32,000 nt of DNA, from NCBI GenBank assembly GCA_031256725.1, contig JAIRQE010000003.1, positions 20,413-52,412 on the forward strand, read 5' to 3'. A model generated the notes under the pieces. It had not been told where the DNA came from. It did not search any database and saw only the letters and a list, made by a program, of their open reading frames with translations. Each line of letters begins with the position of its first letter. Position 1 is the stretch's first letter. Shown piece by piece: positions 1-9,600 of the stretch. The DNA comes from Propionibacteriaceae bacterium. GTDB lineage: Bacteria; Actinomycetota; Actinomycetes; Propionibacteriales; Propionibacteriaceae. The position numbers and the translations under genes are program-made.

Positions 1-964
1 CAGCGAAGATCCATACAAGGAGGATGGCCTGAATGGCTGGACTCACTCCACTCACCTGGGCAACCCCAAGCATGATGAAGGTAATCAGAGCCACACCAGT
101 CACACCATAGGTCTCGAATCCGTCTGCAGAAGGTCCAATGGAGTCTCCAGCATTATCACCTGTACAGTCGGCAATCGTGCCTGGGTTTCGGGGGTCATCT
201 TCTTCAATCTTGAAGACGATCTTCATCAAATCGGAGCCCACGTCAGCGATCTTGGTGAAGATACCACCAGCGATACGAAGAGCCGAGGCCCCCAAGGATT
301 CGCCAATAGCGAAGCCGATGAAACACTTTCCAGCCAGATCAACTGGCAGGAAGGTTAGGATGATGAGCATGAGGAGTAGTTCGAGGGAGATAAGTACCAT
401 TCCGACTGACATACCTGCACGAGCGGGCACATCGTGTACTGCCCATTTTTCTCCCTTCAAGGCAGCATGGGAGGTACGGGAGTTCGCGAAAGTATTGATG
501 CGGATTCCAAACCAAGCAACACCGAAGGACCCAGCCATACCGATCAACGAGAAGAGGATAATCACCCCAATCTGCCAGGCTTCAACACCAGTAACCGCAA
601 AGTACACAATGATGACTGCTGCGATGAAACCCCAGAGCATGAGGAGGAACTTGCCCTGCTTGACCAGATAGGCCTTACAGGTTGTGTAAATGAGTTCGGA
701 GATCTCCTTCATCGATACATGTACGGGAAGGTTTTTCAGCCGTGAATAGGTCCACAAGCCGAAGAGGAGGCCGAGGACGCAGATGATAAGTCCAACATAG
801 AGTGGCCATACGGCAACATCCCCATTGCGCAGAGCCTCAGGAAGCTGAAGGTTGGATTCCCCACCCCCATGGCTCTCCATTCCGCAGCCGCTCAATAGGG
901 TCACGAAGAGGGCAAGACCTGCGAATAGTCCAAACCTTCTCGCCTTGTTCCGATATGAAGTCAC
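1..964 (-). CDS. hppA: Membrane-bound H+-translocating pyrophosphatase (M-PPase), N-terminal ~320 codons; 3' end runs off the window
   Basis: Own minus-strand translation; the ORF track misses it because there is no stop in the window. It reads ...GGIFTKIADVGSDLMKIVFKIEEDDPRNPGTIADCTGDNAGDSIGPSADGFETYG..., the hallmark M-PPase loop motifs, preceded by several hydrophobic helices. GTG at 964 sits behind AAGGA (975-971); an alternative ATG is at 880. Plus-strand ORFs 138-671, 434-745 and 802-1014 are antisense artefacts. Confidence 0.85.
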   Translation of the reverse strand, partial: MTSYRNKARRFGLFAGLALFVTLLSGCGMESHGGGESNLQLPEALRNGDVAVWPLYVGLIICVLGLLFGLWTYSRLKNLPVHVSMKEISELIYTTCKAYLVKQGKFLLMLWGFIAAVIIVYFAVTGVEAWQIGVIILFSLIGMAGSFGVAWFGIRINTFANSRTSHAALKGEKWAVHDVPARAGMSVGMVLISLELLLMLIILTFLPVDLAGKCFIGFAIGESLGASALRIAGGIFTKIADVGSDLMKIVFKIEEDDPRNPGTIADCTGDNAGDSIGPSADGFETYGVTGVALITFIMLGVAQVSGVSPAIQAILLVWIFA

Positions 965-1110
965 AGTCGTTCCTTTTGTTGGGTTTCATCGGTGAATGCC
1001 CGCCACTGAGTTAATGTCCTCTGCGGGCACTCACCACTCTAGCGCTAGACCACATACCTAGAGGAAAGGTCACATGCGGATACGTGGTTTTGATGGGGTA
1101 CAAATGGGAC

Positions 1111-1116
1111 TAGAAT
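1111..1116 (+). promoter_or_regulatory. Candidate -10 hexamer (TAGAAT) for the sufR-suf operon
   Basis: TAGAAT lies within the 11-mer CTAGAATGGGT (1110-1120). The same 11-mer recurs at 7793-7803 directly upstream of a leaderless small gene. No clear -35. Confidence 0.3.
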
Positions 1117-1259
1117 GGGTGGGTCACTGGTGCGATGTCAGAATCCGAATCCGTACCCCGGATCTCAGGGATGGCCTCATCTATTAAGCTTTATCATTCA
1201 TTAAAGTCCATATTTCAGTCAGAGATGCAGTATCCAAAGAATTACGCAAGAATGGACTT

Positions 1260-1943
1260 GTGAAAATCCAAACCGACACCCCCATCTCGTCGGCTGCTCA
1301 AGATGCGACCACTCGCCATCGAGTGATGAAGTACATCGTGGAGCACGGATGGACCACATCCTCAACTTTGGCCACAGAGTTTGGACTCACCACTGCTGCG
1401 ATTCGTCGACATCTGAGTCATTTGGAGGCAACGGGGATACTCGCCTCGCGTCCACAGTCTGTCGCAATGAGACAGGGAGCCGGGAGACCTTCCAAGGAGT
1501 ACACGGCAACCGCTCAGGGCCGTGAAACCTTTTCCCAGGCCTATGACACCTTTGCCATCTCAGCCATCGAGTCGCTGAGCAAGCTGGGTGGAGAACAGGC
1601 TGTGACCGAGTTCTTTGAGGCTCGCTTTGCTGCAATCGAGGCCCGATTCGCAGAACTTCGTGCACTTGACCCAGGGTTGTCCGAATCTGAGGCCCTGTCA
1701 GTAGCCCTCACTGAGGATGGGTTCATGGTCGGGCTTGCCCCCGTAGGTCAAGGGGAGCAACTGTGCCAACATAATTGTCCCTATCCAGCAATTGCGACGA
1801 GGTTTCCGGAACTATGTTCGGTTGAGACCTCGGTATTCTCGCGATTGCTGCACTCCCATGTCCAACGTTTGGCGACCATCGCCCATGGGGATGGGGTGTG
1901 TACAACCCATATTCCTTACCCAACGAGAAAGGAGAAGCGGTGA
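1260..1943 (+). CDS. sufR: SufR-type transcriptional repressor of the suf operon (winged HTH plus C-terminal Cys cluster)
   Basis: 227-aa ORF with GTG start. HTH region [30 protein letters not shown]-terminal cysteines (CQHNC...ELC...GVC) fit Fe-S cluster ligation. It sits directly upstream of sufBDCSU, and its stop overlaps the likely sufB GTG (GTGA at 1940-1943). Confidence 0.8.
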   Translation: MKIQTDTPISSAAQDATTRHRVMKYIVEHGWTTSSTLATEFGLTTAAIRRHLSHLEATGILASRPQSVAMRQGAGRPSKEYTATAQGRETFSQAYDTFAISAIESLSKLGGEQAVTEFFEARFAAIEARFAELRALDPGLSESEALSVALTEDGFMVGLAPVGQGEQLCQHNCPYPAIATRFPELCSVETSVFSRLLHSHVQRLATIAHGDGVCTTHIPYPTRKEKR

Positions 1944-3385
1944 GCGTCGATGAACCTCAGATTGCTCCAGGAATGGGGGAGACCCAAGACGAGCATCTTG
2001 CTGCGCTGGGTACCTATCGTTTCGGGTGGCATGACTCTGATGAGGCTGGTCAAAAAGCCCAACGTGGTCTCAATGATTTAGTTGTACGAGAGATCTCTGA
2101 ACGCAAGACTGAGCCCCAGTGGATGTTGGATTTCCGTATGAAGGCCCTGGATCTCTTCGATCTTAAGCCGATGCCCACCTGGGGTCCTGATCTGTCAGAC
2201 ATCGACTTTGACGAGATTAAGTACTATGTCAAGCCCACAGATTCTCAAGTTCAATCCTGGGAGGATCTGCCTGAGGATATTCGTCGTACCTATGACCGTT
2301 TGGGTATCCCTGATGCGGAGAAGAAGCGTCTCGTAGCTGGGGTTGCTGCCCAATACGAATCTGAGGTGGTTTACCACAAGATCAACGAGGAACTTGAACG
2401 TCAAGGAGTGATCTTCCTTGACACCGATTCTGCTTTGAAAGAACACCCCGAGCTTTTCCAGGAATACTTTGGGACGGTTGTACCTTCGGGGGATAACAAG
2501 TTTGCTGCACTCAACTCGGCAGTGTGGTCTGGGGGGTCTTTCATCTATGTACCCCCTGGAGTCCATGTCACCATCCCGCTTCAGGCGTACTTCCGTATCA
2601 ACACCGAAAACATGGGTCAGTTTGAACGTACCTTGATCATCGTTGATGAGGATGCCTTCGTTCACTATGTCGAGGGGTGTACGGCTCCGATCTATAAGTC
2701 GGATTCTTTGCATGCAGCGGTGGTTGAGATCATTGTGAAGAAGGGTGCTCGCTGTCGGTATACAACCATTCAGAACTGGTCGAATAACGTCTACAACCTT
2801 GTCACCAAGAGGGCGACCTGTGCTGAGGGTGCCACCATGGAATGGGTGGATGGCAACATTGGATCCAAGACGACCATGAAATATCCCGCCGTGTGGCTCC
2901 TGGGAGAGCATTCCAAGGCTGAGACCCTTTCGATTGCTTTCGCTGGGGCAGGTCAGCATCAGGACACTGGCTCCAAGATGGTACACGCGGCCCCACATAC
3001 CTCATCGGCGATCGTCTCCAAGTCTGTTGCTCGTGGTGGTGGTCGGGCTTCCTACCGTGGGTTGGTTTACGTTACTCCTGAGGCACACCATTCTGCGTCG
3101 TCGGTACGCTGCGATGCGCTGCTCGTGGATTCGATTTCCCGCTCAGACACCTACCCCTATGTGGATATCCGTGAAGATGAGGTGTCGATGGCCCATGAGG
3201 CGACGGTCTCCAAAGTCAGCGAGGATCAACTCTTCTATCTGATGAGTCGGGGGCTATCCGAAGAGGAATCTATGGCCATGATCGTACGTGGGTTCGTGGA
3301 GCCGATTGCGAGGGAACTGCCTATGGAGTACGCCCTTGAACTCAATAGGTTGATTGAACTCCAGATGGAAGGAGCGGTGGGATGA
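1940..3385 (+). CDS. sufB: Fe-S cluster assembly scaffold protein SufB
   Basis: Track ORF 1898-3385. The likely start is the in-frame GTG at 1940 behind GAAAGGAGAAG; 1898 is the alternative. Strongly SufB-like sequence ([35 protein letters not shown]-terminal [21 protein letters not shown]). Confidence 0.95.
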   Translation: MSVDEPQIAPGMGETQDEHLAALGTYRFGWHDSDEAGQKAQRGLNDLVVREISERKTEPQWMLDFRMKALDLFDLKPMPTWGPDLSDIDFDEIKYYVKPTDSQVQSWEDLPEDIRRTYDRLGIPDAEKKRLVAGVAAQYESEVVYHKINEELERQGVIFLDTDSALKEHPELFQEYFGTVVPSGDNKFAALNSAVWSGGSFIYVPPGVHVTIPLQAYFRINTENMGQFERTLIIVDEDAFVHYVEGCTAPIYKSDSLHAAVVEIIVKKGARCRYTTIQNWSNNVYNLVTKRATCAEGATMEWVDGNIGSKTTMKYPAVWLLGEHSKAETLSIAFAGAGQHQDTGSKMVHAAPHTSSAIVSKSVARGGGRASYRGLVYVTPEAHHSASSVRCDALLVDSISRSDTYPYVDIREDEVSMAHEATVSKVSEDQLFYLMSRGLSEEESMAMIVRGFVEPIARELPMEYALELNRLIELQMEGAVG

Positions 3386-4503
3386 CCACAGAACTACATC
3401 CAGTCGGGTCACGTGCTGTGGCTGATCATCCGGTTCCAACCGGAAAAGAAGAAATCTGGCGTTTCACTCCTGTTGAGAAGTTGGCTGAGTTCTTCGATGA
3501 GACTCTCTCGCGCAATGGCTTATGGCACCATGTGGAGGGAATCTCGCAGAACTCTCAAGAGCCAGTGGCGACCATGGGTGAGCTCGACCTTGGTCAATCA
3601 CCACGAGGTCAGGTCTTAGTACCCTTGGATCGAAGTGCAGCGATCGCGGCGACAAAGCATGCAGCCAACCATCTCGTTCTTGAGGGTACTCTGACTCAAC
3701 CAATCAGAATGACTTTGACGGGAGAATCGACGGATCCCACCAGTGATCATCTTGTCATCGAGGCCAAGCCCTATTCATCGGCAACGGTGCTCATTACCTA
3801 CACTGGGGTTGCCCATCACATTGGTAATGTTGAGATTCTGGTGGGGGAGGGAGCCAAACTCACAGTGGTGAGCCTCCAGGACTGGGAACCAACCTCAATC
3901 CATCTCGGTCAGCATGAGGCCCTCGTGGGTAAGGATGCCACCTATCGCCATATTGCGGTCTCTCTCGGTGGTGACATTGTACGAATCCAGAACAACGCCT
4001 CCTATGCCTCAACTGGTGGTGATATTGAACTCCTGGGTGTGTACTTCGCCGATGCAGGCCAACACCTCGAACATCGACTTTTCGTGGATCACAATCGCCC
4101 CAAAGGTACCTCCCATGTCGACTATCGTGGAGCCCTTCAAGGCCAGGGAGCAACCTCAATCTGGGTCGGTGACGTCCTTATCAGACCAGAGGCTGAGGGG
4201 ATCGAGACCTATGAATCCAACAAGAACCTCGTACTCACCGACGGATGTCGGGCAGAGGCCGTACCTAACCTAGAAATCGAAACCGGGGAAATCCTGGGAG
4301 CCGGGCACTCGGCATCCACGGGACGATTCGATGATGAGCAGTTGTTCTACCTCAGAAGTCGGGGAATCTCAGAAGATGAGGCCCGCCGAATGGTGGTACG
4401 TGGATTCTTCGCGGCCATCCTTGCTCGCATCGGTATCCCCGATGTTGAGGAAACTCTGATGGCCCGTATCGATACAGAACTTTCAAGCGACAAGGAGAAA
4501 TAA
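3382..4503 (+). CDS. sufD: Fe-S cluster assembly protein SufD
   Basis: ATGA overlap with the sufB stop. The 373-aa ORF has a C-terminal [27 protein letters not shown] paralogous to the SufB C-terminus. Position is between sufB and sufC. Confidence 0.9.
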   Translation: MTTELHPVGSRAVADHPVPTGKEEIWRFTPVEKLAEFFDETLSRNGLWHHVEGISQNSQEPVATMGELDLGQSPRGQVLVPLDRSAAIAATKHAANHLVLEGTLTQPIRMTLTGESTDPTSDHLVIEAKPYSSATVLITYTGVAHHIGNVEILVGEGAKLTVVSLQDWEPTSIHLGQHEALVGKDATYRHIAVSLGGDIVRIQNNASYASTGGDIELLGVYFADAGQHLEHRLFVDHNRPKGTSHVDYRGALQGQGATSIWVGDVLIRPEAEGIETYESNKNLVLTDGCRAEAVPNLEIETGEILGAGHSASTGRFDDEQLFYLRSRGISEDEARRMVVRGFFAAILARIGIPDVEETLMARIDTELSSDKEK

Positions 4504-4504
4504 G

Positions 4505-5272
4505 ATGAGTGATCGCAGACTTGAAATTCGTGACCTCCATGTGAGTGTGGAGACAGAAACGGGCCCCAAGCCCATCTTGAAGGGGGTAAACCTCGTCGTG
4601 AATCCCGGTGAGGTCCATGCCATCATGGGCCCCAATGGTTCCGGGAAGTCGACCCTGGCCTACGCCATCGCTGGGCATCCGAAATACACCATCACCTCGG
4701 GGTCTGTTCTCCTTGATGGTACAGAACTGGTCGAGTTGAGTGTGGATGAGCGGGCCAAGGCCGGGTTGTTTCTTGCGATGCAATATCCAGTGGAAGTCCC
4801 TGGGATCTCTGTGGCGAACTTCCTGCGTACCGCGAAAACTGCCGTTGACGGGCAGGCGCCACCGCTGCGTACCTGGGTGAAGAAGGTTAGTGAATCCTTG
4901 GCGTCCATGCAGTTGGATGACGAGTTTTCGGCCAGATCCGTGAATGAGGGTTTCTCCGGTGGAGAAAAGAAGCGCAACGAGATTGTACAGTTGGATCTGC
5001 TAAACCCGAAGTACGCCATCTTGGATGAAACCGACTCGGGCCTCGATATTGATGCGCTGAGGATCGTTTCTGAGGGTGTGAATCGCTATAGCGCTCAGGG
5101 CGATCGTGGAATTCTGCTCATCACCCATTACACGCGAATCCTGCGCTATATCAAGCCGGATTTCGTACACGTCTTCGTTGACGGTCGCATCGTGGAGGAA
5201 GGCGATTCAACCCTGGCTGACTCTCTGGAGGAGACCGGCTACGAGAAGTGGGTGACGGAGGCTGGCGCCTAA
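4505..5272 (+). CDS. sufC: Fe-S cluster assembly ATPase SufC
   Basis: Walker A GPNGSGKST, signature FSGGEKKR, Walker B ILDETDSGLD. No transmembrane domain. Suf operon context. Confidence 0.95.
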   Translation: MSDRRLEIRDLHVSVETETGPKPILKGVNLVVNPGEVHAIMGPNGSGKSTLAYAIAGHPKYTITSGSVLLDGTELVELSVDERAKAGLFLAMQYPVEVPGISVANFLRTAKTAVDGQAPPLRTWVKKVSESLASMQLDDEFSARSVNEGFSGGEKKRNEIVQLDLLNPKYAILDETDSGLDIDALRIVSEGVNRYSAQGDRGILLITHYTRILRYIKPDFVHVFVDGRIVEEGDSTLADSLEETGYEKWVTEAGA

Positions 5273-6513
5273 TGCTTGATGTGGAGAAGGTGCGCAGGGA
5301 CTTCCCAATACTCGCGAGGTCGGTCAACGATCAGCCTTTGGTGTACCTGGATTCAGCTAACACATCCCAGAAACCTTCAAAAGTCGTCACAGCTATAAGG
5401 GATCACTACCTCAAACACAATGCCAATGTGGCTCGCGCCATGCACACTCTCGGAGCCGAGGCTACGGGGGCCTATGAGGGTGCCCGCTCGAAGATTGCTG
5501 CCTTTGTGGGTGCGAAAACCGAGGAAATCATCTTCACCAAGAATGCCTCGGAGGCCTTGAATTGTGCGGCCTACGCTTTGTCATCTCGCTTGAGCGAAGG
5601 TGACGAGATTGTGATTTCCGTGTCTGAGCACCACTCCAATATTGTCCCCTGGCAGATGGCGTGCGAGCGTACAGGGGCTCGGTTGAGATGGTTCGATGTC
5701 GATGAGAGCGGCTACCCAGACGTGGATTCTGCCCGCGCGGAATCCCTGATCAACGAACGTACCAAGGTCGTCTCAGTCACCGCAGTCTCCAATGTCACGG
5801 GGGTTCACTTCCCTGTAGCCGAGATAGCTGACTGGGCCCATGAGTATGGCGCTGTCATGGTGGTCGACGGGTCGCAGATGGTGCCACATATGGCGGTGGA
5901 TCTGGGTACTGTGGGTGCAGATCTTTTCGCTTTTACAGGTCACAAGATGCTGGGACCCACAGGGATTGGAGTCCTGTGGGGTCGCTATGATCTGTTAGAG
6001 TCTCTGCCACCCTTCCTCGGCGGTGGAGAGATGATCGAGATCGTACGCATGACTGGGTCGACCTATGCCTCGCCGCCATATCGCTTCGAGGCCGGTACCC
6101 CACCTATCGCTCAGGCAGTCGGCTTGGGTGCGGCCGTGGATTACCTCACGAAAATCGGCATGGACACGATTGCACATCACGACCAGGAGATCACCGAGTA
6201 CGCCTTGGGTATCTTAGGCTTCATTCCTCACCTTAGGATTTTGGGTCCCACAACAGGGGTACGAGGCTCCGCAATCTCTTTCACCCTGGCTGATATTCAT
6301 CCCCATGATGTCATGCAGATCCTTGATGCCCATGGTGTGGCAGTACGCGGTGGCCACCATTGCGCACGCCCCCTCCATGAACGTTTCGGGGTCCAGGCAA
6401 GTGTACGAGCCTCCTCCTACCTGTACACCACGAAAGAGGAGATCGACACACTGGCTGCCGCACTGATGGAGGCCCTACAGTTTTTTAGAGTACCGGGGGT
6501 ACATCATGCCTGA
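5272..6513 (+). CDS. sufS: Cysteine desulfurase SufS (class V aminotransferase)
   Basis: Track ORF 5248-6513. The likely start is ATG 5272, overlapping the sufC stop (TAATG). PLP-lysine region FTGHKMLGPTGIG and active-site loop RGGHHCARP. Confidence 0.93.
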   Translation: MLDVEKVRRDFPILARSVNDQPLVYLDSANTSQKPSKVVTAIRDHYLKHNANVARAMHTLGAEATGAYEGARSKIAAFVGAKTEEIIFTKNASEALNCAAYALSSRLSEGDEIVISVSEHHSNIVPWQMACERTGARLRWFDVDESGYPDVDSARAESLINERTKVVSVTAVSNVTGVHFPVAEIADWAHEYGAVMVVDGSQMVPHMAVDLGTVGADLFAFTGHKMLGPTGIGVLWGRYDLLESLPPFLGGGEMIEIVRMTGSTYASPPYRFEAGTPPIAQAVGLGAAVDYLTKIGMDTIAHHDQEITEYALGILGFIPHLRILGPTTGVRGSAISFTLADIHPHDVMQILDAHGVAVRGGHHCARPLHERFGVQASVRASSYLYTTKEEIDTLAAALMEALQFFRVPGVHHA

Positions 6514-6955
6514 TCTTTCATCGCTCTATCAGGATATCATCCTGGATCATTACCGTGAGAAACACCATAGTGGGCTCCGCGAGCCGTACACAGTGGAGGT
6601 CACACATGTGAACCCCTCCTGTGGTGATGAACTGGTGTTGCGGTTGGCAACCAATGGCAGTGATGTTGTGGATGTGAGCTATGAATCGGTGGGCTGCTCT
6701 ATCTCTCAGGCTTCCACCTCGGTGATGACAGACCTTGTGATTACCCATGATCTTGCCCATGCCTTAGAACTCCATGATGGATTCAAACAGATGATTGAGG
6801 GACAGGGCAAGGTTGAATTGGACGAAGAGGTCTATGAAGACGCTATCGCTTTCAGTGGTGTTGCCCAATTCCCGGCCCGAGTCAAATGTGCAATGCTCGG
6901 CTGGTCGGCCCTAAGAGACGCCATACTTCGAGTACAAGGAAATGTAGATGAGTGA
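6506..6955 (+). CDS. sufU: SufU/IscU-type sulfur-transfer/scaffold protein
   Basis: 149 aa with the conserved Cys residues (NPSCGDE, GCSISQAS, RVKCAML). Overlaps the sufS stop by 8 nt. Confidence 0.9.
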   Translation: MPDLSSLYQDIILDHYREKHHSGLREPYTVEVTHVNPSCGDELVLRLATNGSDVVDVSYESVGCSISQASTSVMTDLVITHDLAHALELHDGFKQMIEGQGKVELDEEVYEDAIAFSGVAQFPARVKCAMLGWSALRDAILRVQGNVDE

Positions 6956-7406
6956 CGAAGAAATCCAAGAAGATTCACCTAATATGACCACTGATCCGCA
7001 GGATTCTGGTCCCCAAGATTTCTCTGATCTCTTCCCTGAAGATCCCGATGACTTTACAGATGAGAATCCCTTTGCCGAGGATATTGAGGAGATCACTTTC
7101 GCAACTCGTGAGCAGATCATGGAGATCCTCAAAGACGTAGTAGACCCCGAATTGGGGGTAAACATCGTTGATCTTGGACTGGTCTATGGAGTGGACATCA
7201 CCAACGAAGGTCGCGCCACCATAGACATGACTCTCACCTCCCCAACCTGCCCCCTCACTGACCAACTAGAAGCGGATGTGTATTACCTGTTGAGCACATG
7301 TACCCGTTCCGCAGTCATCAACTGGGTGTGGATGCCCCCCTGGACCCTAGACATGATCTCCGATGACGGCCGAGAACAGTTAAGGGCCATCGGCTTCAAC
7401 CTGTAG
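6948..7406 (+). CDS. sufT: DUF59/SufT-type metal-sulfur cluster assembly factor with an acidic N-terminal extension
   Basis: The C-terminal ~100 aa (IMEILKDVVDPELGVNIVDLGLVYGV...TLTSPTCPL) match the DUF59 fold signature. Overlaps the sufU stop. The first ~50 aa are D/E/P-rich. Confidence 0.85.
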   Translation: MSDEEIQEDSPNMTTDPQDSGPQDFSDLFPEDPDDFTDENPFAEDIEEITFATREQIMEILKDVVDPELGVNIVDLGLVYGVDITNEGRATIDMTLTSPTCPLTDQLEADVYYLLSTCTRSAVINWVWMPPWTLDMISDDGREQLRAIGFNL

Positions 7407-7479
7407 TTAATTAATCAATCCGGCAGCATAACCTCAAGAACAGTTTTCGTCAACAGTTTCAACAACCCATCAGGACCAG

Positions 7480-7680
7480 TCAGTGACACTCCTGACGCAC
7501 CAGTTCCACAATCGTGGCCTGATCCGTAGACGTCAACTCACAAGGATTCCCCGATGGTGATTCCACTATCGGGGTTGAAAAACCATACTCGGGTTTAACT
7601 TCAATATCAGTAGGTGGTTCCATAACCACAAATGTTGCAGTCGTCACGACTCCTCTCGCCCAACAAGGCAGTAGAGCCAC
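7480..7680 (-). CDS. Hypothetical small protein (doubtful)
   Basis: 66-codon ORF in an otherwise empty 400-bp gap. No recognisable family, poor RBS spacing for all candidate starts. Confidence 0.2.
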   Translation of the reverse strand: MALLPCWARGVVTTATFVVMEPPTDIEVKPEYGFSTPIVESPSGNPCELTSTDQATIVELVRQECH

Positions 7681-7793
7681 TTACACCGTTTAGCCGATAG
7701 ACCCCCTATTCTTCGCGGGCAAAAACATGTGAGTTACGGGCACCCACATTATCTGAGTATCGTCGGCTTCCCGCCAATAGTGTTTTCATCGGC

Positions 7794-7799
7794 TAGAAT
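7794..7799 (+). promoter_or_regulatory. -10 hexamer TAGAAT; the predicted transcription start coincides with ATG 7806 (leaderless mRNA)
   Basis: TAGAAT ends 6 nt before the A of the ATG at 7806. No Shine-Dalgarno is possible in that space. Confidence 0.4.
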
Positions 7800-7805
7800 G
7801 GGTTC

Positions 7806-7934
7806 ATGAAGAAATCTGCACTGATCACTCTCGTGCTGCTCGTTGGTCTTGTTGTTGCTTATGTGTTGCGTGCTAAGAAGGCGGCTGAGGCTGAAGCGGA
7901 ATTGTGGTCCGAGGCATTGGACCCCGTTTTCTAA
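7806..7934 (+). CDS. 42-aa single-pass membrane microprotein, DLW-39 family-like
   Basis: Own translation, below the track size cut-off: MKKSALITLVLLVGLVVAYVLRAKKAAEAEAELWSEALDPVF. It has an N-terminal TM helix, then a basic/Ala stretch, then ELW-x-EA-x-D. From memory this matches the actinobacterial 'DLW-39 family protein' pattern. Confidence 0.6.
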   Translation: MKKSALITLVLLVGLVVAYVLRAKKAAEAEAELWSEALDPVF

Positions 7935-7992
7935 AACTACTGCGGCTCTCCCACGTACCTCCCTTTGACGGGACTGACAAGGAATCATCGTT

Positions 7993-9591
7993 GTGCTTTC
8001 GGTAAAGGATGTTGAGGTGCGCGTTGGCGCGCAATTACTTATTGAGCCAACCACTTTTTCGGTTTCCCCTGGAGACAAGATTGGTCTCGTTGGGCGCAAT
8101 GGTGCTGGGAAAACTACCCTTATGAGGATCCTTGCTGGGGAGGGTCAACCAGCAGCAGGAACAGTATCCCGCAAGGGAGTCATTGGGTACCTTCCCCAGG
8201 ACCCACGTACAGGTGACCTCCAGATAACAGCCAAATCCCGGATACTCTCAGCCCGGGGCTTGGATCGGATCATGGCGAGGATGGATACCCAAAGTCAAAA
8301 GATGGCTGAATCGGTGGGGGAGGAACGCAAGAAAGCCATGGCAGCCTATGCCCGAGCCGAAACCGAATTTCTGACCCAGGGAGGGTACGCCTCATCCGCG
8401 GAAGCTAGTCGCATTGCTGCTAATGTGGGGCTCCCCGACAGGGTCATGAACCAAACCCTGGAAACCCTTTCCGGTGGTCAACGTCGTCGGGTTGAACTGG
8501 CTCGAATTCTCTTCCTGGGGGCGGACACCCTCCTTCTTGATGAGCCCACGAACCACCTTGATGCAGACTCGATCACCTGGCTTCGTGGCTATCTTCAGAC
8601 TTTCGCGGGCGGGCTTGTTGTCATCTCCCACGATGTTAGCCTCCTTGGGGACACTATGAACAAGGTCTACCACCTGGATGCAACCAGGTGTGTTGTGGAT
8701 CAGTACAACCTCGGCTGGGCAAAGTACCTCGAACAGCGGGAAACTGATGAGCGCAGACGCAAGCGTCAACGTGCCAATGCTGAACGAAAGGCGGCCTCCC
8801 TCAAGGCCCAGGCTGATCATATGAGAGCGAAGGCCTCCAAGGCTGTGGCCGCCCAGAACATGGATAAGAGAGCTGAGAAACTTCTTGAAGGATTGGAGGC
8901 TCAGCGTACAGCCGACAAGGTCGCGAATCTTCGCTTCCCTGATCCGAGTCCTTGCGGGAAAACCCCCTTGTCAGCCGCAGAATTGTGTAAGAGTTACGGG
9001 TCTTTGGAGGTCTTCTTCGGTGTTGATCTGGTCATTGATCGTGGGTCGCGGGTGGTTGTACTTGGGCTCAATGGTGCAGGAAAGACAACTCTGTTGCGCC
9101 TTTTGGCGCGAGTCGAGGAACCCGATCTGGGTGAGGTGATCGAAGGGCATGGGTTGAAACTTGGGTACTACGCGCAGGAGCATGAGACCCTAGACATGTC
9201 GCGTACTGTACTCGAAAACATGATGTCTTTTGCCTCTGAGCTCTCGGAGACTGAGGCGCGTAGTGTCCTGGGGTCCTTCCTGTTTGTTGGTGATGATGTG
9301 AACAAGCCTGCACGGGTACTCTCGGGTGGGGAAAAGACCCGGCTTGCGTTGGCGATGCTGGTGGTCTCGCGGGCTAATGTTCTTCTTCTTGATGAGCCAA
9401 CAAACAACTTGGATCCGGCCTCGCGGGCAGAAATCCTCCATGCCATCAATACTTATAAGGGGGCTATCGTGTTGGTGACCCATGACGAGGGTGCGGTTGA
9501 GGCCCTAAATCCGGATAGGGTGCTGTTGCTCCCCGACGGCAGCGAGGATCTGTGGAATGCTGACTATATTGAATTGGTGGCACTGGCTTAA
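7993..9591 (+). CDS. ABC-F family ATPase (two ABC domains, no TM domain; ribosome-associated type)
   Basis: Walker A GRNGAGKTT and GLNGAGKTT, signatures LSGGQRRR and LSGGEKTR, and a charged inter-domain linker (RETDERRRKRQRANAERKAASLKAQADHMRAKASK). Its position downstream of suf resembles the mycobacterial Rv1460-Rv1473 neighbourhood. Confidence 0.9.
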   Translation: MLSVKDVEVRVGAQLLIEPTTFSVSPGDKIGLVGRNGAGKTTLMRILAGEGQPAAGTVSRKGVIGYLPQDPRTGDLQITAKSRILSARGLDRIMARMDTQSQKMAESVGEERKKAMAAYARAETEFLTQGGYASSAEASRIAANVGLPDRVMNQTLETLSGGQRRRVELARILFLGADTLLLDEPTNHLDADSITWLRGYLQTFAGGLVVISHDVSLLGDTMNKVYHLDATRCVVDQYNLGWAKYLEQRETDERRRKRQRANAERKAASLKAQADHMRAKASKAVAAQNMDKRAEKLLEGLEAQRTADKVANLRFPDPSPCGKTPLSAAELCKSYGSLEVFFGVDLVIDRGSRVVVLGLNGAGKTTLLRLLARVEEPDLGEVIEGHGLKLGYYAQEHETLDMSRTVLENMMSFASELSETEARSVLGSFLFVGDDVNKPARVLSGGEKTRLALAMLVVSRANVLLLDEPTNNLDPASRAEILHAINTYKGAIVLVTHDEGAVEALNPDRVLLLPDGSEDLWNADYIELVALA

Positions 9592-9600
9592 GGGGTACAG

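Noticed and set aside
138-1014. Plus-strand track ORFs (177, 103 and 70 aa)
   Set aside because: They are antisense to a clear M-PPase reading frame on the minus strand. Their composition is low-complexity (S/P/R/T-rich) and shows no family resemblance.
2195-2998. 267-aa minus-strand ORF; similar long antisense ORFs at 13912-14397, 14367-14930, 8392-8820, 29637-30083 and 30863-31279
   Set aside because: Each lies entirely inside a strongly conserved gene on the opposite strand (sufB, rplM, rpsI, the ABC-F gene, glyQS, dus). These are typical open antisense frames of GC-rich coding DNA.
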